Positions 9,293-19,778 of a stretch of 64,000 nt of DNA are shown one piece after another. The stretch's first letter is position 1. Every line of letters begins with the position of its first letter. Made by a program: the position numbers and the translations under genes. The notes under the pieces are model-generated. The model was given only the letters and a program-made list of their open reading frames with translations, made no database searches and was not told where the DNA came from. The DNA is from Candidatus Magasanikiibacteriota bacterium (GTDB lineage: Bacteria > Patescibacteriota > Patescibacteriia > Magasanikbacterales > GWA2-37-8). Location of the stretch: assembly GCA_016182085.1 (NCBI GenBank), contig JACOYB010000007.1:6381-70380 (forward strand). Direction: 5' to 3'.

Positions 9293-12200
9293 ATGCTAAA
9301 GTCGCAGAAACAAAAATTGTTTTCCGTCAAAGTTAACGCAGCTTCTGGCGAGAAAAAAGAAAGTAAATTTTTAAGAGGATTTTTAAAATTATCCCCGGTT
9401 TTTGTTGGCCTGATAATGGTTTTTTATTATTTTTACCCCGCTTTTGCTAGTCCGCCTTCTAGTCCTTACGCACCCGGAGAAACTACCGATCCTTCTTGTT
9501 CCCCCGGAGATACCAACTGTACTGTTTATCCGCCATTTACCACCACTCTTACCGGCACGACCGCTATTACCATGGGTACTTCTTCCATTAGGTTTGCTTA
9601 CGACTCCACTAACTATTCTTCTCTCACCGTGGCTGCAGACGGGGCACTGACCGTTAGCTCTACTAATTCCGCCACCACTACTTTTATAAATAAAATATAT
9701 TTTTTAAGCAACGCATATTTTAATACGATTGCGTCCGGCACCTGGAACGGAAGCGTGATTGGCATTGCTTATGGCGGCACCAATTCGTCCACCATCGCCG
9801 CCAATGGTTCTATAGTTTACTCCGATGGCACCAGATACAACGCTACCGAAGTTGGAACCCTTGGTTACTTACTTATGTCCGCTGGAGGAGGCAGACCGGT
9901 ATGGATAAATAGCACTACCTTAGGCACCGGTATAGTGGGAAGTGGCACCGCTGGACAATTTCCTTATTATGCCACTAATGGCACAGCCGTAGTAGGAACT
10001 TCAACTTTATTTATTACCCCAACCAGTTTAGTTGGCATCGGCACCACCACCCCTACTCAAAAATTAGCAGTCGTAGGAAATATTTCTAATATTCTGGATC
10101 CTAGCAATACATCGTCTATTTCTCAGGTTTCTACCGTTACGGTGGGAACTGTGCCGCGAGGACTTTTTGTTTCCGGTCGGTACTTATATGTGGCTAATTA
10201 TAATGATAATACAATATCTGTCGTTGATGTTTCTAACTCTTCTGCCCCTGTCCAAATAGCTACGACTTCCGTAGACACTAACCCTATCTCTACCTTTGTT
10301 TCCGGTCGGTACTTATATGTGGCTAATTATAATTCAAATACTGTTTCCGTTGTTGATATTTCTAACCCCTCTGCCCCTAGAAAACTTTCTAGTGTGGCGG
10401 TAGAGGCGCAACCAACCACAATTTACGTCTCCGGCCATTATGCCTATGTAGTAAACCATACTTCAAACACTATTTCCGTTGTTGATGTCTCCAATCCATA
10501 TACTCCCGTCCAAATAGCTACGACTTCCGTAGGCAATAGTCCCCGCTCAGTTTATGTATCCGGCCGTTATGCGTATGTGGCAAATTATCTTGGAAATACC
10601 ATGTCGGTGGTTGATGTCTCCAATCCCGCGACTCCTGTCGAGATAGCTACGGTGGCTGTGGGAGCTAACCCGCGAGGCGTATATGTATCCGGCCGCTATG
10701 CTTATGTGGCAAATTTTTCTGGAGCGACCGTATCTGTTGTTGATGTCTCCAATCCTGCTGTTCCCGTTCAGATTGCTACCGCTCCTGTGGGTACTAGCCC
10801 TATGGCCATTTATGTCTCCGGCCGCTATGCCTATGTGGCTAACTTTAGTTCAGCCAATATTTCTATCGTTGATGTTTCTAGTTCTTCAGCTCCCAGCCAC
10901 ATTGCCACGGTGCCTGTAGGCACAAATCCTTATTCTATTTTTGTTTCCGGCCGCAATGTTTATGTGGCTAATTATGGTTCAAATACAATTTCTATCGTAG
11001 ACATACCCGGCGCTGAAGTAAGCAGCCTTATCGCTCACTCTGCCGAAGTAGGCAACATTCAATCTAGAAATGATATTTTAGCTCAAGGAAATATTATGGC
11101 CGGTACTGGTTTGATGGTTGGAGCGGGAGGGATAATGTCACAAGGAGGGTTATCTATCTTTGCCTCTACAACCGGTTCCACTTCGTCTATATTTAGTATT
11201 GATTCGGCCGCCTCTTCCAGCATAATTAAAGTTTTGGCCAATGGCAGAGTTGGTATCGGCACTTCAAGTCCGCAAGCGCTTCTCAGTTTGGTAAATGACT
11301 CTAATACTCAACTTCACCTCAACAGGTCCGGCGCATCCGGGCAAACGGGTACTCTTAGAATCGGCAATCAAGCAGGTTTAATTTCAAATTCTCGTGGAGG
11401 AATTAACAACGGAGTTCTGCGTAATGATGGCGTTTTACATCTGACTCGCAATCTTGTCTATAACAGCGGAGACTGGGAATTAGAAGCAGCCGACACAGGC
11501 GGTTTATTGGAAGTTGGAGCCGAGGGTATTTCTTTATGGACTGCCGCTTCAGCTGCGGCGGGTACAAAAAACCTTGGCATTATTTTAATGGCTCGTGATG
11601 ATGGTGATCTGGTAATTCCGGCAAAAGTCGGTATCGGGGTTCCTTATAATGATTCCACAGTTACTACCCCTCTGTATGTACAAGGAAACACCTCAGAAAT
11701 TATGAGGTCAGTTCGTACTTCCACGCTTACCAATGTTGCGCCTACGGGTTTGCGTGTTGCGCACAACTCCACCAACTCCAGTCTTGCCGATGGTTTTGGA
11801 ATGGTGATGCAGTTTGCCATAGATAGCCCTTCAATCTCGGAAACGGCCATAGCCGAAATCGGCGGTGTTAGATCGGGAGGAGATACTTCGGGCGCCCTTG
11901 TGTTTAGTACTTACAACGCGGGAGTTAGCACAGAAAAATTAAGAATTACACCTTCGGGTTTAATTGGAATTAACTCCACCTCACCCATAGCCAGTTTTGC
12001 ATTACAAGGCACGAGTACGAGTAATCTTTTTGCCTTTTCATCTTCCACCGGCGCAAATTTATTGAGATTGACCACTGACGGTGGTTTAGGTTTTGGTACT
12101 ACCCCGGCTACTACCGGCGCTATTCGCCTTGAAAATAATACGGGTATTTATGCCAGAAGAGCTGATAATGCCGCCGATATTGGCTTGCTTAGTTTGAACA

Positions 12201-14212
12201 CATCAAACCAGATCGTAATTGGCGTCAACGCCAGCGCCGTATTATTAAGTACCGATTTAGGTTTTAGCACTGATAATACCTACGACATCGGCGGAGGCAC
12301 AAGAAGTCCGCGGCATATTTTTGCGCGTAGTAATATAGCTGCCGGTACCAGCACCGCGATTGCCAGATTGACAGTGCAAGGAGATGGAACAGCCAATCCT
12401 TTTTCGGTTGTCACTTCAACCGCCGCCGCTTCTTCCATGTTTACAATTTTGACAAATGGCAGAGTTGGTATTAACACATCTTCTCCCGTTGCTATGTTAG
12501 CATTACAGGGCAGTGATGGTATTAATCCTTTGGAAATAGCTTCATCTACCGGCGCCAGCATGTTTAGAATTTTAACAAATGGAAATATTGGCATTGGAAA
12601 CAGCGCTCCTCTAGGTGATTTAGAAATAGGCAGCACAGCAGAATCGCAGGGTTTATTGGGTATTACAGCTAGCACTGCCGGAACAAGCGATATTTTCTTT
12701 AATAACAGCTCACAAAATAGAGGTGTAATTCGCTATACGCACTCCAGTGACAGTATGGCTCTTTGGAGCGCGGGAAGCGAAAGAATGAGAATTTCAAGTA
12801 CCGGTTTGGTGGGCGTTGGCACTACTACGCCATTATCCAAATTAACCGTAGTCGGTTCCGGTAATAACAGTACTACGATTGCTTTTAATACTTATAGCGC
12901 CTCCGGCACTTCCACTTTCAAAATTGATGATGCCGGCAATGCCTTTTTTGCCAACGATGGTATTTATTACGAAGCGTCCAGTTCAGTTGCTTATATAAAT
13001 AGTTTAGAAACAGGTCCGTTAAATTTTGATGATAATGCCGGCATGGTAACTTGGGTTGATATGTTAGTTTCTTCCTCAGTGGCCGGAACGCCAAACAGTT
13101 ATACGGCCGCCATAAATGATAACCCAATGTTAATGATATATGCGGAAAGCAATGGTTCGGGCGGTATTGCCAATCAAACAATTTCCATAAACACCAGCAC
13201 GACTTCTACTTATAAATTGTATATAGACGCGGGCGCCAGCACCACCGCCGGTTTGGGCGTAAATGGTTTTATAAAAGCCTCCGGGTATATTGCCGGCACC
13301 ACTACTTTAGATATTGCCGAAACTTACCCATTGGATCCGGAATGCGAGGCCAATGGAAATTGCCCTACATATGGCGAAGTCGTTTGTTCCGGAGAAGACG
13401 CATCTTCTACTGTATTTATCAAAAAATGTTCCGCCGCTTATGCCGATAATATTATCGGTGTGATTTCAGAAAACCCCGGTTTTATTTTGGGAGGTTATGA
13501 TGTCAGTAATGTAAGAATAAAAGGTTTATACCCGACTTCATTTAGGCCGGTAGCTTTGGGCGGACGCGTGCCGGTTAAAGTTTCTAACGCTAATGGCGCT
13601 ATTAAAGAAGGGGATTATCTTACTTCTTCCGCCGAGCCGGGGTTAGCCGTAAAAGCCATAGAGCCGGGCAGAGTAATAGGTATTGCTTTGCAATCTGTGG
13701 AAGAAAACGCTGAAACCGGCACTGTGATAATGTTTGTAAATCCGCATTGGTCGGCCGGCAGCTTAACCGAAGAGAGTATAGGCGCTGATTTGCCGGATTT
13801 TGCCGATGTTGTATTAGATAAATTTACTTTGGCCATAAAAAATAGTTTAAGAAAATTAGGGCTAGCAATTAAAAACGGAATTGCCACGGTAAAAGAATTG
13901 TTTGCTGACAAAGTTACTACCCAGCAGCTTTGTGTCGGTAGCACTTGTGTAAACGAACAGCAGCTGCAAGATATTTTAAATAGAACAAATGTACAGCCGG
14001 CGCCTTCCAATCCGTCGCCAGTGATACCGGAAAATGAAGCCGTTAACGCCCAAACCGCCCCCACTTCTTCCGTATCTGCGCCAGAATCCGCTGTTTCTTC
14101 TACCACAAATATAGTTGAAACTGTTGTTAACGAAACCGTTTTGGATACTGCTTCTTCCACACCCGCTGTTTCCGATACTGCTGCAGGCTCCACCACCGCC
14201 GAATCGCAATAA
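9293..14212 (+). CDS. Giant fibre-like adhesin: 7-bladed YVTN/LVIVD-type propeller, GxVGIGT shaft repeats, C-terminal peptidase G2/IMC-like domain
   Basis: Seven 43-aa VSGRYAYVAN...SVVDVSN repeats; repeated GRVGIGTSSP; DIAETY...PVALGGRVPVKVS..NGAIKEGDYLTSS. Confidence 0.75.
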   Translation: MLKSQKQKLFSVKVNAASGEKKESKFLRGFLKLSPVFVGLIMVFYYFYPAFASPPSSPYAPGETTDPSCSPGDTNCTVYPPFTTTLTGTTAITMGTSSIRFAYDSTNYSSLTVAADGALTVSSTNSATTTFINKIYFLSNAYFNTIASGTWNGSVIGIAYGGTNSSTIAANGSIVYSDGTRYNATEVGTLGYLLMSAGGGRPVWINSTTLGTGIVGSGTAGQFPYYATNGTAVVGTSTLFITPTSLVGIGTTTPTQKLAVVGNISNILDPSNTSSISQVSTVTVGTVPRGLFVSGRYLYVANYNDNTISVVDVSNSSAPVQIATTSVDTNPISTFVSGRYLYVANYNSNTVSVVDISNPSAPRKLSSVAVEAQPTTIYVSGHYAYVVNHTSNTISVVDVSNPYTPVQIATTSVGNSPRSVYVSGRYAYVANYLGNTMSVVDVSNPATPVEIATVAVGANPRGVYVSGRYAYVANFSGATVSVVDVSNPAVPVQIATAPVGTSPMAIYVSGRYAYVANFSSANISIVDVSSSSAPSHIATVPVGTNPYSIFVSGRNVYVANYGSNTISIVDIPGAEVSSLIAHSAEVGNIQSRNDILAQGNIMAGTGLMVGAGGIMSQGGLSIFASTTGSTSSIFSIDSAASSSIIKVLANGRVGIGTSSPQALLSLVNDSNTQLHLNRSGASGQTGTLRIGNQAGLISNSRGGINNGVLRNDGVLHLTRNLVYNSGDWELEAADTGGLLEVGAEGISLWTAASAAAGTKNLGIILMARDDGDLVIPAKVGIGVPYNDSTVTTPLYVQGNTSEIMRSVRTSTLTNVAPTGLRVAHNSTNSSLADGFGMVMQFAIDSPSISETAIAEIGGVRSGGDTSGALVFSTYNAGVSTEKLRITPSGLIGINSTSPIASFALQGTSTSNLFAFSSSTGANLLRLTTDGGLGFGTTPATTGAIRLENNTGIYARRADNAADIGLLSLNTSNQIVIGVNASAVLLSTDLGFSTDNTYDIGGGTRSPRHIFARSNIAAGTSTAIARLTVQGDGTANPFSVVTSTAAASSMFTILTNGRVGINTSSPVAMLALQGSDGINPLEIASSTGASMFRILTNGNIGIGNSAPLGDLEIGSTAESQGLLGITASTAGTSDIFFNNSSQNRGVIRYTHSSDSMALWSAGSERMRISSTGLVGVGTTTPLSKLTVVGSGNNSTTIAFNTYSASGTSTFKIDDAGNAFFANDGIYYEASSSVAYINSLETGPLNFDDNAGMVTWVDMLVSSSVAGTPNSYTAAINDNPMLMIYAESNGSGGIANQTISINTSTTSTYKLYIDAGASTTAGLGVNGFIKASGYIAGTTTLDIAETYPLDPECEANGNCPTYGEVVCSGEDASSTVFIKKCSAAYADNIIGVISENPGFILGGYDVSNVRIKGLYPTSFRPVALGGRVPVKVSNANGAIKEGDYLTSSAEPGLAVKAIEPGRVIGIALQSVEENAETGTVIMFVNPHWSAGSLTEESIGADLPDFADVVLDKFTLAIKNSLRKLGLAIKNGIATVKELFADKVTTQQLCVGSTCVNEQQLQDILNRTNVQPAPSNPSPVIPENEAVNAQTAPTSSVSAPESAVSSTTNIVETVVNETVLDTASSTPAVSDTAAGSTTAESQ
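10141..11005 (+). repeat. Seven 129-bp intragenic tandem repeats (propeller blades)
   Basis: 43-aa period; blades 1 and 2 share TTTGTTTCCGGTCGGTACTTATATGTGGCTAATTATAAT. Confidence 0.85.
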
Positions 14213-14222
14213 ATAGAATCTT

Positions 14223-16370
14223 ATGAGTAAGAAAAAATTTTTACAATCAAACTTGGTGTCTATTTCCGTTTTGTCGGCTCTGTTGGTTGTATTTATTATA
14301 AATAATAATCAGGTCGAAGCGGCTGTTATTAATAAAACAAGCGACCTAAATTCTTTAAGAAACGGATTGGTCGGGTGGTGGACTTTTGATGGGGCAAATG
14401 TGACCGCAACGACAGTTACCGATAAAAGCGGCGGCGGGTTGAACGGCACAAGAAACGGCACTCTTAGGGCTGCGGGAAAAATCGGCCAAGCCTTAAAATT
14501 TAACGGCACCAGCAGCGATTATATTACTCTTCCGGCTACGGGCGATTTTAATGTTAGAGGGAATATGGGGCGTCTCTCCAGTGAAAATTGGAGTTTAAGC
14601 GCTTGGTATAAAGGCACCGACCTTAGGCAGAATGTTGATTATGGCGTATCTTTAATTGGTTGGAACAGTGGCAATCTTTTTGCTTCTTTTTCAGTGCGAA
14701 GCGGCTATGCGGAATTTGCGCATTACAATGGCGGTTGGCAGCACAATATAAAATCAGCCACTTTGGTTGCAGACGGCAAATGGCACTTGATTACGTACTC
14801 CAACTACTCGGACAACACAGGCAGTCTTTATATTGACGGTATTTTAGAAATTGATAGAGCCAGCTCCACTATCGGCAGCGGAAGTTTTTTTCAGCCGTAT
14901 CATATTGGCGCTAACTTTAATAATATATATACAATTGGAACTATTGATGATGCCCGTATTTATAACCGTTCCTTGTCATCGGTAGAAGTAACACAGCTTT
15001 ACAAAACGGGCGGAGGAAAAATAAATAAAACAGATGCAATTAGAGCGCAGTTAAGAGAGGGGTTGAAAGCGCACTGGACATTTGATGGGGCAGATATGAC
15101 CCCCAATACTAGTACCGACAAAAGTGGCCAGGGAAATCATGGTACAAGAACCGGTGTAACCACCATGGTAAGAGGTAAAGTCGGGCAAGCCATGGAATTT
15201 AACGGGGCTACTGGCAGCGATATTGTTGTTACAACCAGCGCTTCTTTAAACCCCGCTACAGCTATGACAGTTTCTGCGTGGGTGAAAACCACCGATTCTA
15301 CAGGTATTATAATAAATAAAGACGACGGTGGTTCAAATAGGCAGTATTCCTTATTGACAAATTCAGGGGTACAATTTTTTGCTTTTCAATCTGGAGCCAC
15401 TTACACAAATACTGCTGCGATAGGAATTTCCGATGGCAAATGGCATTTTGTTGTTGGTACGGTAGATGTTAATGGAGACGGTAAAGCGCGAATGTATATA
15501 GATGGAGTTTTAAGAGATACGGGTGCAGTCGCAATTACAAGTATAGCTTCCAGCAGTGTGCCTGCTACCATTGGCGACAGACCGACAAACGCCTTTCCTT
15601 TGAGCGGTACAATTGATGATGCTCGAATTTATAATCGCGCCTTATCCCATGCCGAAGCGGCTGAACTATATAAAATGGCAAATAATAAAACCAGTAAAAC
15701 AGACACAGTGAGAGTGCAGCCTAAAAACAGTTTGGTTGGGCATTGGACTTTTGATGGCGGGAATATGACATCCGTTACGAGTACCGACACAAGCGGCCAG
15801 GGAAATCATGGAACAAGCACGATAATAAGCGCGACTAGAGGAAAAATAGGACAAGGTCTAGATTTTAAAGATACCAATTATTTTATAAACCTGGGCGATC
15901 CGTCATCTTTAAGGTTAACAACTCAGTTTACGGTTTCTTCTTGGGTTAAGGTTCGCGCTCATAAAAATTATAATCAAGTTTTTATGAAAAACGACGCTAA
16001 TTCGGATTTTTATGGCCTTTTGTTGGATGCAAACGGAAAATTAACCGGACAAGTTGGCAATGGCGGTTCTAATGTTACGCTAGTGGGCAATACGGTCTTA
16101 TCAGCAGGCAAGTGGTATCATGTAGCCGCAACCTATAACTCTGCTTTAGCATCCGGCAATCTAAAATTATATATAAATGGCGTTGAAGATACGTATGTGG
16201 GCAACGGTAATTTTTCTAGCGGCGTAGGGGACACAGCCGGCGGTTATACCAATATAGCTAAAGATCCGGTGAATGGAAGAAATTTTGATGGGTTACTTGA
16301 TGATGTCCGCGTTTATAGCCGTCCTCTGGCTCCGGCCGAAATCATGGCTTTGTATAAAACGGGTAAATAA
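14223..16370 (+). CDS. Secreted protein with three LamG/ConA-like jellyroll domains
   Basis: Three repeats of L.G.WTFDG...GKIGQAL.F...W.....Y.DG...G.IDD.RIYNR.L. Confidence 0.88.
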   Translation: MSKKKFLQSNLVSISVLSALLVVFIINNNQVEAAVINKTSDLNSLRNGLVGWWTFDGANVTATTVTDKSGGGLNGTRNGTLRAAGKIGQALKFNGTSSDYITLPATGDFNVRGNMGRLSSENWSLSAWYKGTDLRQNVDYGVSLIGWNSGNLFASFSVRSGYAEFAHYNGGWQHNIKSATLVADGKWHLITYSNYSDNTGSLYIDGILEIDRASSTIGSGSFFQPYHIGANFNNIYTIGTIDDARIYNRSLSSVEVTQLYKTGGGKINKTDAIRAQLREGLKAHWTFDGADMTPNTSTDKSGQGNHGTRTGVTTMVRGKVGQAMEFNGATGSDIVVTTSASLNPATAMTVSAWVKTTDSTGIIINKDDGGSNRQYSLLTNSGVQFFAFQSGATYTNTAAIGISDGKWHFVVGTVDVNGDGKARMYIDGVLRDTGAVAITSIASSSVPATIGDRPTNAFPLSGTIDDARIYNRALSHAEAAELYKMANNKTSKTDTVRVQPKNSLVGHWTFDGGNMTSVTSTDTSGQGNHGTSTIISATRGKIGQGLDFKDTNYFINLGDPSSLRLTTQFTVSSWVKVRAHKNYNQVFMKNDANSDFYGLLLDANGKLTGQVGNGGSNVTLVGNTVLSAGKWYHVAATYNSALASGNLKLYINGVEDTYVGNGNFSSGVGDTAGGYTNIAKDPVNGRNFDGLLDDVRVYSRPLAPAEIMALYKTGK

Positions 16371-16372
16371 TT

Positions 16373-16687
16373 ATGCAAATAAAATTTAGTCAGAACGAAA
16401 TAAAAGATCCGGAAAAATCTATATTGCGCTGCGGTTATGCCAAAATTATAGACAGACGAATGGGTAAGACCAGTTTTGCCAAGCGAATCCATCGCGATTT
16501 TTATCCGCGTTTCCACGTCTATATAAAAGTAGAAGGGGGTAGTGTAATTTTTGATTTACATTTAGACCAAAAGCGCCCGATTTATGAAGGTGTAACAGCT
16601 CACTCCGGAGAATACGACGGCGAAGTTGTAGAAAGAGAGGCAGAGAGGATAAAAAGTATGATGCTTTTGGCTATTTCTCAGCCTTGA
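16373..16687 (+). CDS. Hypothetical protein
   Basis: Abuts the upstream gene; YPRFHVY..LHLDQK..HSGEYDG motif-like content. Confidence 0.7.
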   Translation: MQIKFSQNEIKDPEKSILRCGYAKIIDRRMGKTSFAKRIHRDFYPRFHVYIKVEGGSVIFDLHLDQKRPIYEGVTAHSGEYDGEVVEREAERIKSMMLLAISQP

Positions 16688-16747
16688 TTATCCTTATAGT
16701 CTATGATAAAATAGGCAGACCTTACAGAGGTCTATTTTTGTAATAAT

Positions 16748-19513
16748 ATGTCTTTCCTCACTAAAATTTTCGGAGATCCAAACGTCAAAGTAATCCAAAG
16801 TATTCAGCCAATTGTAGATAAAATAAATTCTTTGGAACCGGCCATGGAAAAGCTGAGTTTGGTTGATCTGAGAAACAAAACTGATGAATTTAAAAATCGT
16901 TTAGGCGGCGGTGAAACCCTAGATGACATTTTACCTGAAGCCTTTGCGGTCGTGCGAGAGACTTCTAAGCGCATCACCGGCATGCGTCATTTTGACGTCC
17001 AGCTTATCGGCGGTATCGTTTTGCATCGTGGCAGTATTGCCGAAATGGGAACCGGTGAAGGTAAAACGCTTGTAGGAACTTTGCCAACATATTTAAATGC
17101 TTTAGCGGGCAAAGGTGTGCATGTGGTAACCGTAAACGACTATCTAGCTAAACGTGATGCCGTTTGGATGGCGCAGATTTATGAGGCGCTGGGTTTAACT
17201 GTCGGTATTATTCAACAGCAATTAATTTCTTTTAAATATAATGCTCAAAAATCAATAAAACCGGAGGAAGATTTAACCGAAGGCAGCGCCGCCGATAAAG
17301 AAAGAGATGTTAAGGGCATGTATAAAGTTGAAACAGAATTTTTAGAACGCTGTTCCCGCCAAGAGGCATATAGCTGTGATATTACCTACGGCACCAATAA
17401 TGAATTTGGTTTTGATTATTTGCGCGACAACATGGTGCAAAGCAAGCAAGAAATGTCGCAGCGGCCGTTTTTTTTCGCCATTGTAGATGAGGTAGATTCT
17501 ATTTTAATTGATGAGGCTCGAACCCCGCTTATTATTTCCGCGCCGGCCGAAGACGCCACCGACATGTATTATAAATTTGCCGATTTGGTAAGCCGCTTAA
17601 AAGAAAATGAAGATTATAATGTAGATGAAAAAATGCGGTCTTCCACGCTTACCGAAGCGGGTATAAATAAAATTGAAAAATCTTTGGGTGTAGATAATAT
17701 TTATGCTGAGGGTGGAATCGCCATGGTGCATCACGCGGAACAAGCGCTTCGTGCTCATGCTTTATTTTCGCGTGATCGCGATTATATAGTGGAAAATGGC
17801 GAAGTGATAATTGTAGACGAATTTACCGGCAGAAAAATGCCGGGCCGCCGCTATAGCGAAGGTTTGCACCAAGCCATAGAAGCCAAAGAACATGTAAAGA
17901 TTCAACAGGAAAGCCGCACCATGGCGACCGTTACTTTCCAAAATTATTTTAGATTATATCCGAAATTATCCGGTATGACCGGTACAGCGGTAACCGAAGC
18001 GGAAGAATTTGGAAAAATTTATAAATTAGAAGTTGTGGTCGTTCCGCCAAATAGAAAAAATCAACGCCATAATCATCCGGATAGAATTTATAAAACTGAA
18101 AGTACAAAGTTTAAAGCGATTGCTTTAAAAGTAAAAGAACTACAAGACAAAGGCCAGCCTGTGCTTATTGGTACCGTGGCGGTAGATAAAAATGAAGCCC
18201 TCAGTTTATTTTTGGAACGTGAAGGAATCAAGCACGAAATTTTAAATGCTAAAAACCACGAACGCGAAGGTGAAATTATTGCTCAAGCTGGCCGCGCCGG
18301 CGCGGTGACGCTTGCTACCAATATGGCCGGTCGTGGTGTGGATATTTTGTTAGGTGGAAATCCAGTTGTGTCCGAAGAAGCCAATAAAGTTCGCGAAGCG
18401 GGCGGTTTGTTTGTTATTGGCACGGAACGCCACGAAAGCCGCCGTATAGATAATCAATTGCGCGGCCGCAGCGGCCGTCAGGGAGACCCGGGCGAATCTC
18501 AGTTTTATCTATCTACCGAAGACGACCTAATGCGAATTTTTGCCGGCGATCGCATACGCTCTGTAATGGAAACCCTCAAAGTGCCGGACGATATGCCGAT
18601 AGAACAAAGAATGATAACTCGTATTTTGGAATCCGCCCAAAGAAAAGTGGAAGGAATTCATTTTGATACCCGCAAGCACTTATTGGAATATGATGACGTG
18701 CTAAATCGCCACCGAGAAGTTATTTATGGCAAGCGCCGTGAAATTTTGGATGCTTTTTCCGCCCAAGGCGGACCCGCCTCGGGCGGGGAGGGCAAAACTA
18801 AAACTCTTAGAGAAATGATTTTGGATATGGTAGAACAAGAGATTGAGCAAGTTGTTTCTTTTCATACCAACACCGAAAGCCGACACGATTGGAATGTTAA
18901 AGAAATTTTGGAAAATGTTTCCACTATTTTTGCCCTGTCAGATGAAGAAAAGAAAACCGTTACGGATCTGGCGGCTGGCGAGCGCAGTCAAAAATTGGCA
19001 GAAGTAGAAGCCCGTACCAAAATTATTGAATACCTAGTGGATTTAGCTAATAAAAAATACGATGCGCTGCTTGTTAAGGCGGTACCGGATATTGCGATGC
19101 TGCTAGAAATAGAAAAACAAGTGCTGCTTCGCGCGATGGATAATTTATGGGTAGATCATTTGGTGGCCGTGGATTACTTGCGTACCGGTATTGGTCTGCG
19201 CGGGTACGGTCAGCACGATCCGCTCGTAGAATACAAAAAAGAAACGTATCGCATGTTCAATGAACTGCTTAACTTGATTCAAAAAGAAGTGGTTTATATT
19301 ATTTACAAAGTAAACTTGGGTATTCAATTGGCGCCATCGGTAATGGGCGCAAGTAAAAATTTGAATTTCAAAGGAGCCAGCGACGCCATAGATGGCGAGG
19401 TTGAGGTTTCAAATAGTCGAAAAGAGAAGGGTGTGGACGGAAAAGAAGTTGGGCGCAATGATTTATGCCCTTGTGGAAGTGGAAAGAAGTATAAAAAGTG
19501 CCATGGGGCCTAA
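16748..19513 (+). CDS. secA: Preprotein translocase ATPase SecA
   Basis: GTGEGKTL, DEVDSILIDEARTPLIIS, QLRGRSGRQGDPG, SEC-C motif CPCGSGKKYKKCH. Confidence 0.98.
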   Translation: MSFLTKIFGDPNVKVIQSIQPIVDKINSLEPAMEKLSLVDLRNKTDEFKNRLGGGETLDDILPEAFAVVRETSKRITGMRHFDVQLIGGIVLHRGSIAEMGTGEGKTLVGTLPTYLNALAGKGVHVVTVNDYLAKRDAVWMAQIYEALGLTVGIIQQQLISFKYNAQKSIKPEEDLTEGSAADKERDVKGMYKVETEFLERCSRQEAYSCDITYGTNNEFGFDYLRDNMVQSKQEMSQRPFFFAIVDEVDSILIDEARTPLIISAPAEDATDMYYKFADLVSRLKENEDYNVDEKMRSSTLTEAGINKIEKSLGVDNIYAEGGIAMVHHAEQALRAHALFSRDRDYIVENGEVIIVDEFTGRKMPGRRYSEGLHQAIEAKEHVKIQQESRTMATVTFQNYFRLYPKLSGMTGTAVTEAEEFGKIYKLEVVVVPPNRKNQRHNHPDRIYKTESTKFKAIALKVKELQDKGQPVLIGTVAVDKNEALSLFLEREGIKHEILNAKNHEREGEIIAQAGRAGAVTLATNMAGRGVDILLGGNPVVSEEANKVREAGGLFVIGTERHESRRIDNQLRGRSGRQGDPGESQFYLSTEDDLMRIFAGDRIRSVMETLKVPDDMPIEQRMITRILESAQRKVEGIHFDTRKHLLEYDDVLNRHREVIYGKRREILDAFSAQGGPASGGEGKTKTLREMILDMVEQEIEQVVSFHTNTESRHDWNVKEILENVSTIFALSDEEKKTVTDLAAGERSQKLAEVEARTKIIEYLVDLANKKYDALLVKAVPDIAMLLEIEKQVLLRAMDNLWVDHLVAVDYLRTGIGLRGYGQHDPLVEYKKETYRMFNELLNLIQKEVVYIIYKVNLGIQLAPSVMGASKNLNFKGASDAIDGEVEVSNSRKEKGVDGKEVGRNDLCPCGSGKKYKKCHGA
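18758..18787. repeat. In-frame double 15-nt palindrome inside secA
   Basis: TCCGCC-CAA-GGCGGA CCCGCC-TCG-GGCGGG encodes SAQGGPASGG. Confidence 0.75.
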
Positions 19514-19525
19514 TTATTTAAATTT

Positions 19526-19768
19526 ATGGAAACACCTCCAATTTTTGAAATTAGAGAATCAATAATTGATGGATTGGTAGATGCGTTTGCTGAAAAAGAA
19601 GGTATGAATTCGGAAGACATAATGTCAGATATTATTGTTTTTGCCCCCTACGAAGGCAATGATTCAGCCAACCCCGATTATATAGAACAGGTGGCCGAAT
19701 TGATAGGTGTTTCAAACGAGGAAATGATTGAATACGCAATCAAAAAAGCGAAAGAGCATTTGAAGTGA
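19526..19768 (+). CDS. Small acidic hypothetical protein
   Basis: Tight co-orientation after secA. Confidence 0.6.
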   Translation: METPPIFEIRESIIDGLVDAFAEKEGMNSEDIMSDIIVFAPYEGNDSANPDYIEQVAELIGVSNEEMIEYAIKKAKEHLK

Positions 19769-19778
19769 CCCCCCCTTC

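Noticed and set aside
10141-11005. Regularly spaced near-identical DNA segments resembling a CRISPR array
   Set aside because: 129-bp in-frame coding repeats of a beta-propeller; no unique spacers or cas genes
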